Shown piece after piece: positions 39,361-54,987 of a stretch of 64,000 nt of DNA. A model generated the notes under the pieces. The model made no database searches and had not been told where the DNA came from. It saw only the letters and a program-made list of their open reading frames with translations. Source of the stretch: Lobosporangium transversale (taxonomy: Eukaryota); contig NW_019029000.1 of assembly GCF_002105155.1 (NCBI RefSeq), positions 248,001 through 312,000 of the forward strand, in the 5' to 3' direction. Numbering within the stretch: the stretch's first letter is position 1; each line of letters opens with the position of its first letter. A program made the position numbers and the translations under genes.

Positions 39361-39883
39361 CAGTTGGAAAAAATATAAGAAATATAAGGACAACATACTT
39401 GTACATTATACATGATGATTACATCGTCATGGTGAAGCCTTGGGACCTGGTCCAAGGTTTCTGCAGTGATGACCGCCTTTCTTTCTGGCCCCACAAACTC
39501 ACCACGGAGAAGAAAACGCGTCCAGTAGCCTGGTTTTTTTTTTTTTTTTTAAAAAAAAAACGTTAAAAATGTTTATAATAATATTGTACAGAAATGGAAA
39601 ACAACATGCCTTGGCTCCATTTTTTTCTACCTTCAACACCATCATTACGCTTGCATGGCGCCTGGACATGCCGGATAATGCCCTCAACATTGATATTAAG
39701 CAATGGCTTGTCTTTTGTCAGCATATTCAATGGCGTGATGACCTGGAAGTGTTCAATGAAAATAAAAAAATATTACGATAAATATATACTCGAATTTTGA
39801 AGAATAGTTGACGATAAGTCGTTGAAGACCCCTTCTTGTTCGTTATTGTAATGCCGCTTTCATACAGTGCTTTGATCGAACAT
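39227..39883 (-). CDS. Single POT1-like OB-fold protein, paralog A (112 aa, 4 exons)
   Basis: Exons 39866-39883, 39631-39742 (112 nt), 39399-39529 (131 nt), 39227-39304 (78 nt): MFDQST-VITPLNMLTKDKPLLNINVEGIIRHVQAPCKRNDGVE-GYWTRFLLRGEFVGPERKAVITAETLDQVPRLHHDDVIIMYNVQ-WNQTLDGREIHADARFAGCSWSIST*. Confidence 0.7.
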
Positions 39884-40396
39884 GCTTTCTTGTTAAGGGA
39901 TTTGCTAGTTTTTCGTGTTTTAGAAGAAGGAAGGAAGAAAGAAAGTGGTGGGTTTTTTTTTCTTACGTGATAGCCCATCTTCCTTCCTGATTTTCTTATT
40001 GTTTATATCGTGGACTTTTATCGCATTTTTGCATGACCAAAACGCCTTGTGTGCTTTCCTTGTGATGAAAGAGCTATGATTTAGGCCTTTCTATTGATGT
40101 TCATACATTTGTGGTATACATTTTCAAAGAACATAACAAGGCTTATTACATTCAAGAAAAGCATTTATTAATTTATTTACACTAATGAACAGAGTCGCTT
40201 CGCGTGAAAGATATCCAATGCGGTCTAAGGCAATTGAGGAATACTATCAAACAAAAAAATAAAAAATAAAATAAAATATAAAGCAAACAAAACAAAACAA
40301 AATAAAAAAAAAGCCTGCTACGACCGCCTAACCATAACCCAATTCCAGTGAATGCCTGAGCTTTGCTTGGCTCCCTTTCCTCTTCAAGCACTCTAA

Positions 40397-43300
40397 TTAC
40401 ACCGACACTGCTTCGGCGGCTGCAGGCTCGTCATCTTGACTTTGGCCTGCAACAGCAGCTGGAGTTTCCTGGATCTGTGGGTGTCTGAAACCAAATTCCT
40501 CATCATCTCGGTCCAAGGCCTCAGTGACTGTGCTTTCAGCACCCCTTCCAAAACATAACGCAGGTTTCTTGCCCAAAACAACCTCCTTGTTAATCACGAT
40601 ATGCTTGATCGAAGAGTCTGGAGCCTCATACATCATATCAAGCAACATTGATTCCTATTATGAACACAACAAAGGAAAAAAAAATTCACGTGGTTAATAT
40701 TTTGATCCACACATTGCAATATACCACATCTATTTTCTTTAGTTGAGGGTATAAGAAAAGGCCTACTCGGGATAGATATTTACCATAATCCGACGCAGAC
40801 CACGGGCGCCAGTTTGTTTCTCAATGGCCTGCGCAGCAATGGAGTGTAGTGCAGATTGCGAGAAATGGATTTTTACATCAGCCAACCCAAATAGCCCTTG
40901 GTACTGCTTCACAAGAGAGTTGCGAGGTTCTGTCAAGATGCGCACCAAGGCAGCTTCATCCAAGTGATTAACAGATGCAACCACAGGCAGACGCCCAATA
41001 AATTCAGGGATAAGACCAAACTTAATCAAATCTAAAAACACCAACGCCCATCCAAAAAAATAAATAAATACGCATTTGTTGGTGAGCGAATAGCCCTATA
41101 GTACTTCAAACTAAATAAGCATCCTCATTAGGACAGTTTTGTGGCACTTTACCTGCAGGATCTACTTGGTCCAAAAGTTTGCTCACATGGGTTGCGGCCC
41201 CTTTTGACGAGCTCAATTCGGATGATGGTGCCCGCACATTGGCATCAAAACCAATTGAGCCCTTTGATACACGGTCCATGACGATCTTTTCAAGCCCAAT
41301 GAATGCTCCACTCAAGATGAAAAGAATATTGCTCGTGTCCACAGAGTAAATCTCACCCTTGGCTCCAGGTCCTCCTCCTCCTGAATTTGGCCCTCCAATG
41401 CCAGGCAAACCATTCTTACGACCCATACTTGATCCATTCCAGCTCGAGCCATTCTTTTCTGTAACATTGACGACAGTACCTTCCAACATCCTTAGCAAAG
41501 CCTGCTGGACACCTTCGCCTGAAACATCCTTGGAAATTGACATAGTATCAGGTCGTTTTGCGATTTTATCAATTTCATCAATAAAAACAATTCCACACTC
41601 CGCCTTTTTGATATTATAATCGCAGTTCTGTTGAGAGAGAGGGGGGAAAAGAAAATATAGAGATTTCTTAATTTCCAGCTGAATACCTGCAACATTTTCA
41701 CGTCAAACATATATGCAACGTATTCTTTTTCAAGTACCTGTAACAGTCGATGAATGACCATCTCCACATCTTCGCCCACATATCCAGCCTGCGTGAATGG
41801 TGTAGCTATATTTTCAGAATAAAATGTTTAAAAAAAGGTTGTTAGAGAAAACAAAAATCTTAGATATGTTTGGATTCATTACAGCATTCTCCGAGATCCA
41901 TTCTAAAATGGATTTTATCCTGCCAAAGAAATAGAATCCCTACCATCAGACATAGAGAAGGGAACATTAAGAACTTTAGCCAATGTTCGCGCCAGCAAGG
42001 TTTTTCCTGACCCAGTGGGTCCTAGCAACAGGACGTTGCTCTTGTCAAAAATAGTAGGTGGTGTCTTTGTTTGTGTTTCTACACCCTTACGCGCCAAGGG
42101 CGATTGCTGAGTATGAGGTGGTGATGGTGGTTTCTGGTATGTATCGTATGGTTGCGAAAACATTGATGGAGGGTTCTGACCATGTCCATGTCCATTGGTT
42201 GCCGTATTGATCCAGGGCTGCCGATGTGGATAGTGAATAGCCTCTGTAAAATAGAATCAAGAGCATACAGATGTAATAAACAGGTTAGTATTTTTGGTTT
42301 TTGCATGAATGCTTCTTAAAATACTGTGAGGCTCTCAGTTTTCTCTGCAAAAGCTATGGTGAAAAGTAACTGGTCTATGCCCCTTAGAGCCTTAAATATC
42401 ACATTTATCCATATGCGCGTTATTATTTTCTTACGTCTACCGGGCACATGTGCCTCGCTATTATTACTGTTGGAGTTAGTGCCGCTAGAGGAACCGGAGT
42501 TAGTTTCCTTCGAGGAAGAGCTCGAGTCTGATCCTGAAGATGAGGGCGAAGACGAGGACGAGGATGGTGAAGTAGGTGGCGATGGAGGGTTATACGGCTC
42601 AATGATAGGATCAGGTGTGCTGGGTCCGTCGCTCATTAAGACACTGGAGCCATAATACATATTCGTGGAAAGTGGTGGGTTGTTGGCCATAGCTGCTGCC
42701 GTTTCTTGGATATGGTGCTGACGTAGATTCTCATTGACACGCGAGTAATGATTGTAAACAGCTACTGCAAGAATTTTTTTAGCCTTCTCCTGTCCAATGA
42801 CATATTCATCCAGATGTTTGACGATCTGTAGAAAGATGATAAACATAGGATGGTTCAAATTGAGATTAGCTTCTTGCTGAAAAAATAAATACTAGATGCT
42901 CGTCAGCGTACTGTTTAGATCAAGACTTGGCAGTGGAAATAAAAGGATGTTTTACCATTCGAGGATTTTGAATACTTCCAAACCAATCTGGGAATTGCGT
43001 AGATGTTCCGTTTTTCCTACCAGCAGATGCTTCTCCTCCACCACCAATGACATCACGAGACTGGAAGGGACTTGAATAAGGCGATTGTGGATAGCTAGAG
43101 GATGAGTTGGATCCATTGTGGAAGCTGTCGCTTGAAGGAGGATCCCCTGTCATTTAGCAACAAAGAAACAGCATTAAAAAATAAACTGTGGAACCGCTTC
43201 CCTATAAAGAGCAGCCTGAATATTTTCATTCTCTGTGAGAAAAAAAATTACCTCTTGTGGATTGTGACCCTGACCGGATCTTTGCCGTCGTCTCGCGGCT

Positions 43301-43813
43301 TTTCCCGTCGTCAGCATGAATCTTTTCTGACGTTTGCTGTATCGCAGCAGAATTCGCAGCGGCATCAATTGAACTTGCTGGAGCACCTCCTGAACCTACT
43401 TTGACTGTCTCAGCTTTTGCGGCTGCTATTGGCGTAGTTGATGAAGTTTCTGGGGATGTCAACTTTGAAAATCTCTTGCGGGTGATTCGAGTGGGAGCAA
43501 TAGCCACTCCTTCTGAGACTTCTTGCGAAGCGCTAGATGTAGCATTAGTTGAAGCAGAGGTAGTCGAAGGGATGGAGGAAGTTGGTGACGACGACGACGA
43601 CGAGCCGCTAGGGGGTTGATTTGCGTATCGATATGTCGTCGTGGAAGTGAAGAAGCGGTGAGGTAGGCTTCGACAGATACCGTTGCTCGATGCATCCGTG
43701 TGGTTGGTATGAACTCGTGTTCGTAAGGTGTAGATGACAGCCCGATGGCGATGGGGTCTTCCTAGGGCCACGAGAGCCATGGAGCGGTGTGCACGCATCG
43801 TAATGACCAGCAT
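40397..43813 (-). CDS. CLPX: Mitochondrial ClpX AAA+ chaperone (Mcx1/CLPX), multi-exon
   Basis: Arg-rich presequence, [41 protein letters not shown] (Walker A), [61 protein letters not shown]. Confidence 0.95.
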
Positions 43814-44325
43814 GGGATACTTCTAGGTCAGAGCAAAGTTATAAAATATATGGAAAAATTGTTACAAAATAGTTTGCAATGTCAATGAAAGGACGATGAG
43901 GGATTGTGATGATGGATGGGAAGAGATATTCCCTGCCGTCAATACTCTTTTTTACTTGATATATTACAAGCAGTTCGACAGGTTTTTGATAGGGTAGTCA
44001 TCATATTTTATTCACTGACTACGGGTCGCTCAGGTGCCCAATGGCATGTCGCGACCAATGGTGACTGTGCAAACTTCTGTGCAACCCAGAAAAAATCATG
44101 CCGCAGCATTGGCAGAAAACATGTTTGTTACAAGTAAATATTGATACACAGTGCAAGCTGTGAAATTACTTTTATCAGTTCTGTTGAGATTATGATTGGA
44201 GATTGAATTGAAGAAAACAACTGACTATGAGGGATGCAAAATAAGAAAAAGAGAAAAAGAAAGAGAGAGGGATTCGATCTACAGAGTTTATCTATCATAA
44301 ATGAAGAGGATGCGTATCCATACGA

Positions 44326-47021
<2,696 letters not shown>

Positions 47022-47231
47022 CTGGTAGGAGCAATTCCTGTCGAAAAAAAAGAGAAAAGGTAGTGAATGAGGAGGTCAATTGGAAACAATAGAAAAAAAA
47101 AAAAATGTACTGAATACAAAACAAAATGGCAGTCATATGGGACATCACCTGACCAAAGCGCCTCTTTACAAACTTGGAACTATGCAACGAGGAATGCTTT
47201 CTGTAACATTCTTTTTCATTCATTTTCCATC

Positions 47232-47672
47232 ATGTCCTACCGGCCTCTTTTCTACGCAGTTGGTTTCGGCATATTACTTGTTTCACTTCTGTTCTGCCAT
47301 GTATGACCATATTCTAATACGCGGAAAAGATTGTTTTATAGAGAGAAGTTTGAAAAAAGAGTGGATTTTTTCTTCGAGCAGATGTCTCATAGACCTATTT
47401 TTTATTTACTATCGCATTAGGCGTATGACATCAACAATAGCTATATCTATTACCCACTCGCCACATTCGTCGGATATGGTATCTCGATGAGGGTGATCAA
47501 CTACTTCTCTCCCACAGCGTTTGATGCTCCGCCACCTCCAGAACCCAAGACCCGTCAAGGGAAGAAGAAGGCTGCTAAAGAAGCAGAGGCTTTAGCAAAA
47601 CGTGCTGAGAAAAATGCTAGGAAGGAGGCTGATGCAGCACGGAAGGCTGCAGAGGCTCGTGCAAGGGACTAG
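47232..47672 (+). CDS. Small two-TM membrane protein with Pro/Lys/Ala-rich tail (about 106 aa, 2 exons)
   Basis: Exons 47232-47300 and 47421-47672 join in frame across GTATGA...TTAG: MSYRPLFYAVGFGILLVSLLFCH|AYDINNSYIYYPLATFVGYGISMRVINYFSPTAFDAPPPPEPKTRQGKKKAAKE...RARD*. Confidence 0.7.
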
Positions 47673-49176
47673 AATCAAATGAATGATAATACCATGCTGG
47701 AGTTGCACGTCGATCGACTAATATAGAGATATTCTACACTAATACAAGCTTAATAAATACGCACTGACAGTCGTCTATCTTTCTTTCTTATTTAACAAAG
47801 ACAGTAAAATAAAAAAACAGCATGGGTTGTAAATTGGGCAACAATTGCTCCTGGGAACAAGATAATTACTCATTTTCTTGTGTGCTCTTGTCAGTACAAA
47901 TTAAGCTTTTTATTAGGAACCGTTACCAAAGCTTAAATTCATTCCGTTTTTTATTAAGTGACCAATGATCAGTCTGTAATTGACATGTATTTCTACTGTC
48001 AATGGCCCCAACGTCAAGTGTTGGGAGGAGTAGACTGCTGCTCGTAATAACTGTTTCAGTAATGTATGACACACACAGAGGCCGAGGTTGTGAATGAAGC
48101 ACGAGAGATCGGGAGATCATTGGATTGAATCTGAATCAATAAATTAATTTTAAGAGGCGATTGATTCGCGTCGAAAGCAAAAAAAAAAAAAAAAAAAGGT
48201 CAATGAACAGATCCCTCAAGCAATGATGTACGTATCTTCTCCATATAACGAGTAATATAATAAAGGTCATTATTTAGAGTTCACGAAAGAGGACTAAGGT
48301 ACTGCAAATGACATGTATCAAGAATAAGTAGATGTCACATCGATATATTAATTCTGGATCGTATTACATTGGGTCCTTCAATCATTCCACAAGCCGGAAC
48401 ATTAGCAGATCAAGTATTAGTTCAAAAGGGTGCCAATATGTCTACGGTGCAATGCTGCAACCTTCACCTACTGTCATTATCCTAAGAAGTGAAATGAACT
48501 TTTTTTTTTTTATTTTTTTTTAGTCGCGTTGGTTTACCGACCATTTGTGATAATGTAGTTCATCGTAGATTAGTATTGAGACTTTACTCATCTTGCTGTA
48601 TGCCATTATTTCGTATCTTCACTAAAACCTACATCCAAATAGAGCACCCCTGTACACAGAAGGCTTTTGATGCGCAATCATCTAGCACTTCTGCAAACGC
48701 GTAAAGGATGAGAGATAGAGAGATATAAGGCAAGAATGAATTCTGTGGTTAAAGGGGATGAAAAAGAAAGCAGATTCATAAAAAAAAAAAAAAAAGAAAG
48801 TATCAGACAAGTGTGTCCCCCATTTCTCGATCTTTTTTTTTTTTTCCCTCTAACTGGATGCCTTTGCCGAATCGCTTCCAATGCTTGTGATACATCCATC
48901 GGGAAAACTAGAAGATAAAATACGATGCTGATCTCGGTTGTTGAAGAAAAAAAAACATAACGCGCATCAATGCATGAATAGTATATACATCGAACCTTAT
49001 AAATTCATGTCAGTTTGGTACAGGAAAAGAGATGTAAGAGTCCTCAGAATAAATAACTTTGCTATCATTAAAGTTTTCATGGGTGTGATCACAACTAAAA
49101 AAAAAAAAGGGAAGCTGTGCGCTAAAGCAGGAGACTGAAAGCATACAATATCGAGGCAACAGTGTGCGATCTTTCG

Positions 49177-49224
49177 AATAACAACAACAACAACAACAAC
49201 AACAATAACAACAACAACAACAAC

Positions 49225-49259
<35 letters not shown>

Positions 49260-49260
49260 T
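49177..49260. repeat. Compound (AAC)n/(AAT)n trinucleotide microsatellite
   Basis: Read directly; explains the spurious poly-Leu/Ile/Val ORFs in the track. Confidence 0.95.
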
Positions 49261-49715
49261 AGGAGGTAGAGCAGATACAAGCCAGAATGCCTTTGACATC
49301 TCTTTATATCTGTTTGAAGATGTATTTGGGTTTGAGCAAGCAAGGCAACAAATGCAGGAGGCAACTCTCACAGCAAGAGGCTGCATCCCCTAAAATAAGT
49401 AGGGATGGGAGGATAAGAGTAAAGGCAAACGAGTCGGACGACCATAGGCTGTCATAATGGTCAGGCTCAATAAACCCCAGTCGTTGTACATAACTAGCAA
49501 GGAATATTTTACAAGCATTATGCAAAGCAATCATATTACGAAAAATGGAAAGAATAATCGAGAGTCCTAACGTGCCTTATCTTCCCTTCCTTGACGCGAA
49601 GTACAAATATGCTTTATGAATGCCTTAGAATTGTTGGCATGAAAGCACTGATAACCTTAATCTGCATAAAAGCACTAATGGCCTTATTGTAAAGACTACA
49701 GAGCAGAAAAACCAC

Positions 49716-49751
<36 letters not shown>

Positions 49752-52094
49752 ATTCATGCAAACACACATCGTTGGAAAGGGCTATACAACACCTGCACAA
49801 ATAGCCTATAGCTCTCTCTTTTTGTCTCCCCGCAAGGAAGCTACTCACTGCTTTACCCTATTTCCTAGATCCAATCTTTTTCATCAACCGAGATAAAGAG
49901 ATAATGGACCTAGGTGGATATGGACCCAGAATATGATGTAGTGTGTTCCTCTCTTTTCCTTCTTCTTTGGGTAGGTATCAACCTCTCTTGTTACCCAGGT
50001 TTCACCCGTCTTCCTTGGAGCATATGACACCTAAAATTCTCAATAATAGATCATTTTGCTCACGCTATTTGCGATACTGAAGCTACGCATAGTGATGATC
50101 GCCTTCAATTTCGATTTCTTCTTCTATCTTGAATTAACTAAGCAGAAGGCTTATCAACATGCCTTCTTGGATAGATTACGCGCCTTGAATGTTCTTTTTT
50201 TTTTATTTTTTTTTAAACCTTTTGGCAAACTACAGAGCAATTCGATAGATCGTATAGCAAGCCTTTGTTGATATAAATGTATCACAGGAGGACTCGAACC
50301 AAGGAATGTTGGGATTGTGGGTAACACGAACTCTTTGTGGAGACGTGCTCAACGCTCGAATTAACCAATCAAAAAACAAATACACGTCCAATATCGTTGA
50401 GACACCCCCTTTTGACAAAAAAAAAGGAGAGAGCCATCTCCCGATAGAGCTGTCCTTGCTCCTGCATACATGTGCTTATTGTTGTGATACATGTGGAGTG
50501 ATACATCTTTTCACAAATATATGAACAGCCAGTCGACTCAAGCAAGTTAGAGTAGAGCAACAATAGGAGAAAAAATTAATAAGGATGTAGTCAAGAAAAT
50601 AAAAAAGAGCGTTGAATATCTCCAATAAGGAATGAAAGTAAATGCATGCATAATGGGGCGAAAGCTTCTCTTGCTATTTCTGTAGATCATCGTGCGCACA
50701 GCATGAGTAGGTTGTCCATATAACCAGTTCAAAGGGAGGGGCTCTGACCTTAAAGCGTCTTAATCCACATCTGTTCCCTTTCCCATGCCATAAAGGCTAG
50801 GAAAAAGCATAAATAGTTGAATATACTACTGCTCATGAAAGGAATCATCTGACTAGTGTAGATCCACTCGTGGCAATGAAGAGTATGAGCATTTTTTGAT
50901 TTCTATCAACTCTATCACCTTTTTTCTCCTTCGCATTATACCCTCCTTTACAAATGAGATATTAAAAAAAAGGGAGGGAAGGGGAGGGAAGCGTTTGCTG
51001 AGCAACCAGCTCAACAGGTCATGCGTAGTAGAGACCTTCATGAATGCTGTTCTTTTTTATTCATGACAGGATTTAATTAGAATAAGGAACAGGGAAAAAA
51101 GATTCTTTCAAAGCATGACTAGCTGTTAAAGCAGAAGCTAATATTGATTTACCATCCTTTCTTCCAGCTCCTTATCACCAGGTTAGTCATCCGCCTTTTT
51201 TTTTTTTTTTTGCTGTTAGACATTTTCTCCGTTGACAATGCCCATTCATGGCAAGCACAATAGAGAGATAGAATGGATGCTTAATAGATATCAGGCCATC
51301 AGACCTTTTGTTGCTCATGGCAGTTACTATTTAAAATGCTCCTCCCTAGTCTTGTTCTGCTTTGGTTTAGGTGAACATGCATAGGAGTGCTTACTTTCTC
51401 TCTTTCTCCCTTTTCTCCCGGGCCTATTTCCGCTTTCTTGCTAATAGAGCACAGCGAGGAGTGCTCTTTCTGAGGAGATATTGCAGGACTAGTGAGGAAT
51501 GTGCCGCTAGGTTTGATAGAGACGTGTTTTCAAAGGGATTGTGTTGTTTGACACGTTCAGACGTAGAAAGTGCTTATACATAGGCGGGTTAATTAGAGTT
51601 CTACCTCCTTGCACTATGTTACGCCCACCCCTCTTCTTGCATAGCATATTCCTGATCACTATTTTGAAAAATGAGTGTATTTCTAATAAATGCGCAGCGA
51701 CGGTCTTGCTCGCAAGATGCCTTGAAAAGAGGCCCAAGAGCTCGATGAAGATGGTATAATGCTAGATCAATAGAGGATCAGGCGTAGTGAACCTTTATCG
51801 TGTTTTCATTGTAAGCAACAGAAGGGGTTGACACACCTACGTCTCCCCCCTTCCTACTCAATATGAGCAAGATTCATAAAATTATATATCTTTTTTTGAC
51901 ATTATAATTAATAAAAATGAGAAATGGCCTTTTCCTGAAGAAATAAGACCGATTTTCATGAAGAGATGAGAGCCGTGAATTACTTATATTTCATTCTATT
52001 ACTCTCCTCGACATTAACACATCAAACGCAGACATGAAATGGCAATCCATTTAATGCAGACGTAGACAAAAAATAGTAGAGTAACTTGAACCTG

Positions 52095-52130
<36 letters not shown>

Positions 52131-53059
52131 CGAGAGAGAAGCAAGATGTAAACTTAGTGGCGAAATCAGAGTGCACCTTGGATTGTTTTGATCCATATCT
52201 CTGTTGTTGTTTTTTATAATTGCCGGCGAATGGCCAAGGCGGGGACCATCCTCTCTTATTCTCTAAAATGCCTCTTTGTTTTTATTTGGCTCCCTGCAAA
52301 CCTGAACTCTATTGTGCTCTTCTTGCAAGACATAACGAACGCCCAATGATTCAAATTTTACACGTCCTTGCTGTTTACTTACTTGCTCCTCCCCTCCTTC
52401 CCTCTCCCTTCCCCTTTAAATGGCATTACTATATGAGGACATTGGCACAGGGAATAAACCTGAATAAACAGTATTTACCAATTACTTTTTTATTTTTATT
52501 ACTCAGTATTCTTTCTCGTTCATTGTATTCCATTCATTCATATATTGACTACAGTTCAACCACGTTTCGATTTGTCGGTTGTGTACACTTAATTCCGTTG
52601 AGCAACTGGATGGATATACGCCTAGATCCCCTTCCCCCTTGACAACTGAAGCAGCAGTGTGGAATACTCATCCAATGCTATTTAGATATCTAATTATAAT
52701 AGCCACCCACTCATTTGCTATTCAAAAGGTCTAGAGTAGCCTGTTTAATAGCTTATTTGATTTGTATTTACAATGTCAATTCATTCTTTAATCAAAAGTG
52801 TTCTGCCTTTTGCTGGCAACAAAATGGGGTTGCGATTTTTGGTTCCCTTTCCATCTTTCGAAAGGAAGACTAAGAGAAAAAAATGTATAAAAGGGATGTA
52901 CTTCTTGCTACTTCCTTTTGTTTTTCTTTTTCCTTCAGCATTGGGCTTCACTATCACACATCTATCATCTTAATCCATCTATTGCATTTTCTTGCTTGCT
53001 GAAATCATAACGATACAAATAATCTCCTTTAATCATAATATTTATAATTATCTATTTAA

Positions 53060-53093
<34 letters not shown>

Positions 53094-53218
53094 TTCTACG
53101 CGTCTTCCCATAATTCACTTTTTTTTTATTCTTCTTGATTGTTGTATCATCTGTTATAAGCTTTTTCATTTTCTTCCATCATTGAATTACTCCATCCTTT
53201 CTAAATAATAAAAAAAAG

Positions 53219-54636
53219 ATGTTTGAAGTTGCCCGTTTGGTCACACCGGCCTTTGCTGAGATCTCAGCGTGCCCTGCTGCGTTCAATATCAACAGTGCTG
53301 CCACTACCGTTCCTGCCACCTTCAAGACCCAGGGCTGCTCTAGCACTACTACCGCTACTACTATTTTTCCTGGCAAGATAAAGACACTTTCTCTGAAGGA
53401 TTTCCATAACCCAGAAACGCGTCCAAAGTTTTTACAAGAGATGCGCCATTCGCTGATGGAGATTGGTACGTTTTACATTAAGGATCATGGCATCTCGATC
53501 GAAGTGACTACAGATGCCATGAAGACTGTCCAAGAGTACTTTGCTCTGCCACTGGAGGAGAAGAAGAAGATGCTGATTGTTAACAGTAGACACTTCCGTG
53601 GATACAAAGTGATGGGTAAGTGAAAGTTGGGTTACACAATTTCTTCTTTTTGTGTTCTGCATGTTTCAATTTCATTACCGTTATTAATCTCCACCAACCC
53701 CCTCTCTTCTCCCCCTTTATTTTTCCTTCCCATCTATTTTTCCATGCAGGAGAAGAATTTACCAACAACCAGCTTGACCATCGTGAACAGCTACAGTTCG
53801 GTCCTGAACAAGACCCTATCACAACCTTCCAACCGTCCATCTCTCCAGATTTCCATGGTCTTCAAGGCCCCAATCAATGGCCGACTTCAACCCTGGCTCT
53901 TGTACCTAGATTCCAACCTTGTATCCTTGATTTCATGCGTCAGCTAGAGCAATTGTCTCAACAGTTGATGGAAGCCGTGGCATTGTCCCTTGGGTTATCT
54001 GGTTCTTATTTTCGAGATCTGTTCGGCAAGACGCCTTATTACCGACTAAAATGCGCCCGCTATCCTTCAGTTAAAAAGTCTGCCAATGCGACCATAGGAT
54101 GTGGTGCTCATAAAGATACAGGGTTCTTGACAGTCTTATTACAAGACATGGTAGGTGGACTTCAAGGTCAGGATCCCAAGACGGGTCAATGGATGGAGAC
54201 TAGACCCATTCCAGAGACTTTCATTGTGACGATGGGAGAGGCTATTGAAAAGCTGACTGGAGGGTTGTATCATGCAACAGTGCATCGAGTTTTGAATAAC
54301 ACTTCTGGACAAGATCGATATAGTATTCCATTCTTTTTTGATCCATCCTTGGATGCACAGATCCCTTCAAAAATCAAGGGCCTGTATACCGGTTCAAATA
54401 TTGATTTCTCTTCAAAAACACTGACAAAAAATGATGAAATCAAGGTCGAGGGGGTGGCGCATGGTCTCGACATCGCAACCACTAGCTCCTTCAAGCCTTC
54501 TACAACGTCATCATCGTCTATGTCAAATTCATATGACGAAGTAGATAAGACATGGAGCAATGGTGCACATGTGTTTGAGACGGTCTATCGATGCCATCCT
54601 GAAGTCTATGCACGATGGTATGATCGCGAACTCTGA
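53219..54636 (+). CDS. 2-oxoglutarate/Fe(II)-dependent oxygenase (IPNS/DIOX_N-like), 2 exons
   Basis: Intron 53616-53749. EIGTFYIKDHGI...YFALPLEEK...FRGY, GPNQWP, GCGAHKDTGFLTVLLQDMVGGLQ (HxD), ATVHRV, RYSIPFF (RxS). Confidence 0.92.
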
Positions 54637-54818
54637 AGCAGCACATGTCGACTATTGACACATTTTAAGCACATGCTTTCCTTTATCCCTCATTCAAAGT
54701 AAAAATAAATAATCGTTAAATAGGTTCCTCGAAGGTGAAGTTAGTGTTATAGTGTTATGTAACCCGAAAATGTAAAAACCAAATACTGGGTCGTTTTATT
54801 AGGAACATTGTCATTGGG

Positions 54819-54855
<37 letters not shown>

Positions 54856-54987
54856 TTTTTTTTGCAGAATTTGACTGGCATTACCCACTTTCTCCAATAC
54901 ATCAACAAGGAAAGGGAAAAAAAAGATTGTCCAAGAAAAAGAGAGGATGGAGTGAAGGATATTTCTTTCTTTCTTTTTTTTTGTCTT

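Noticed and set aside
48997..49386. Poly-Leu/Ile/Val ORFs
   Set aside because: Artefacts of the (AAC)/(AAT) microsatellite.
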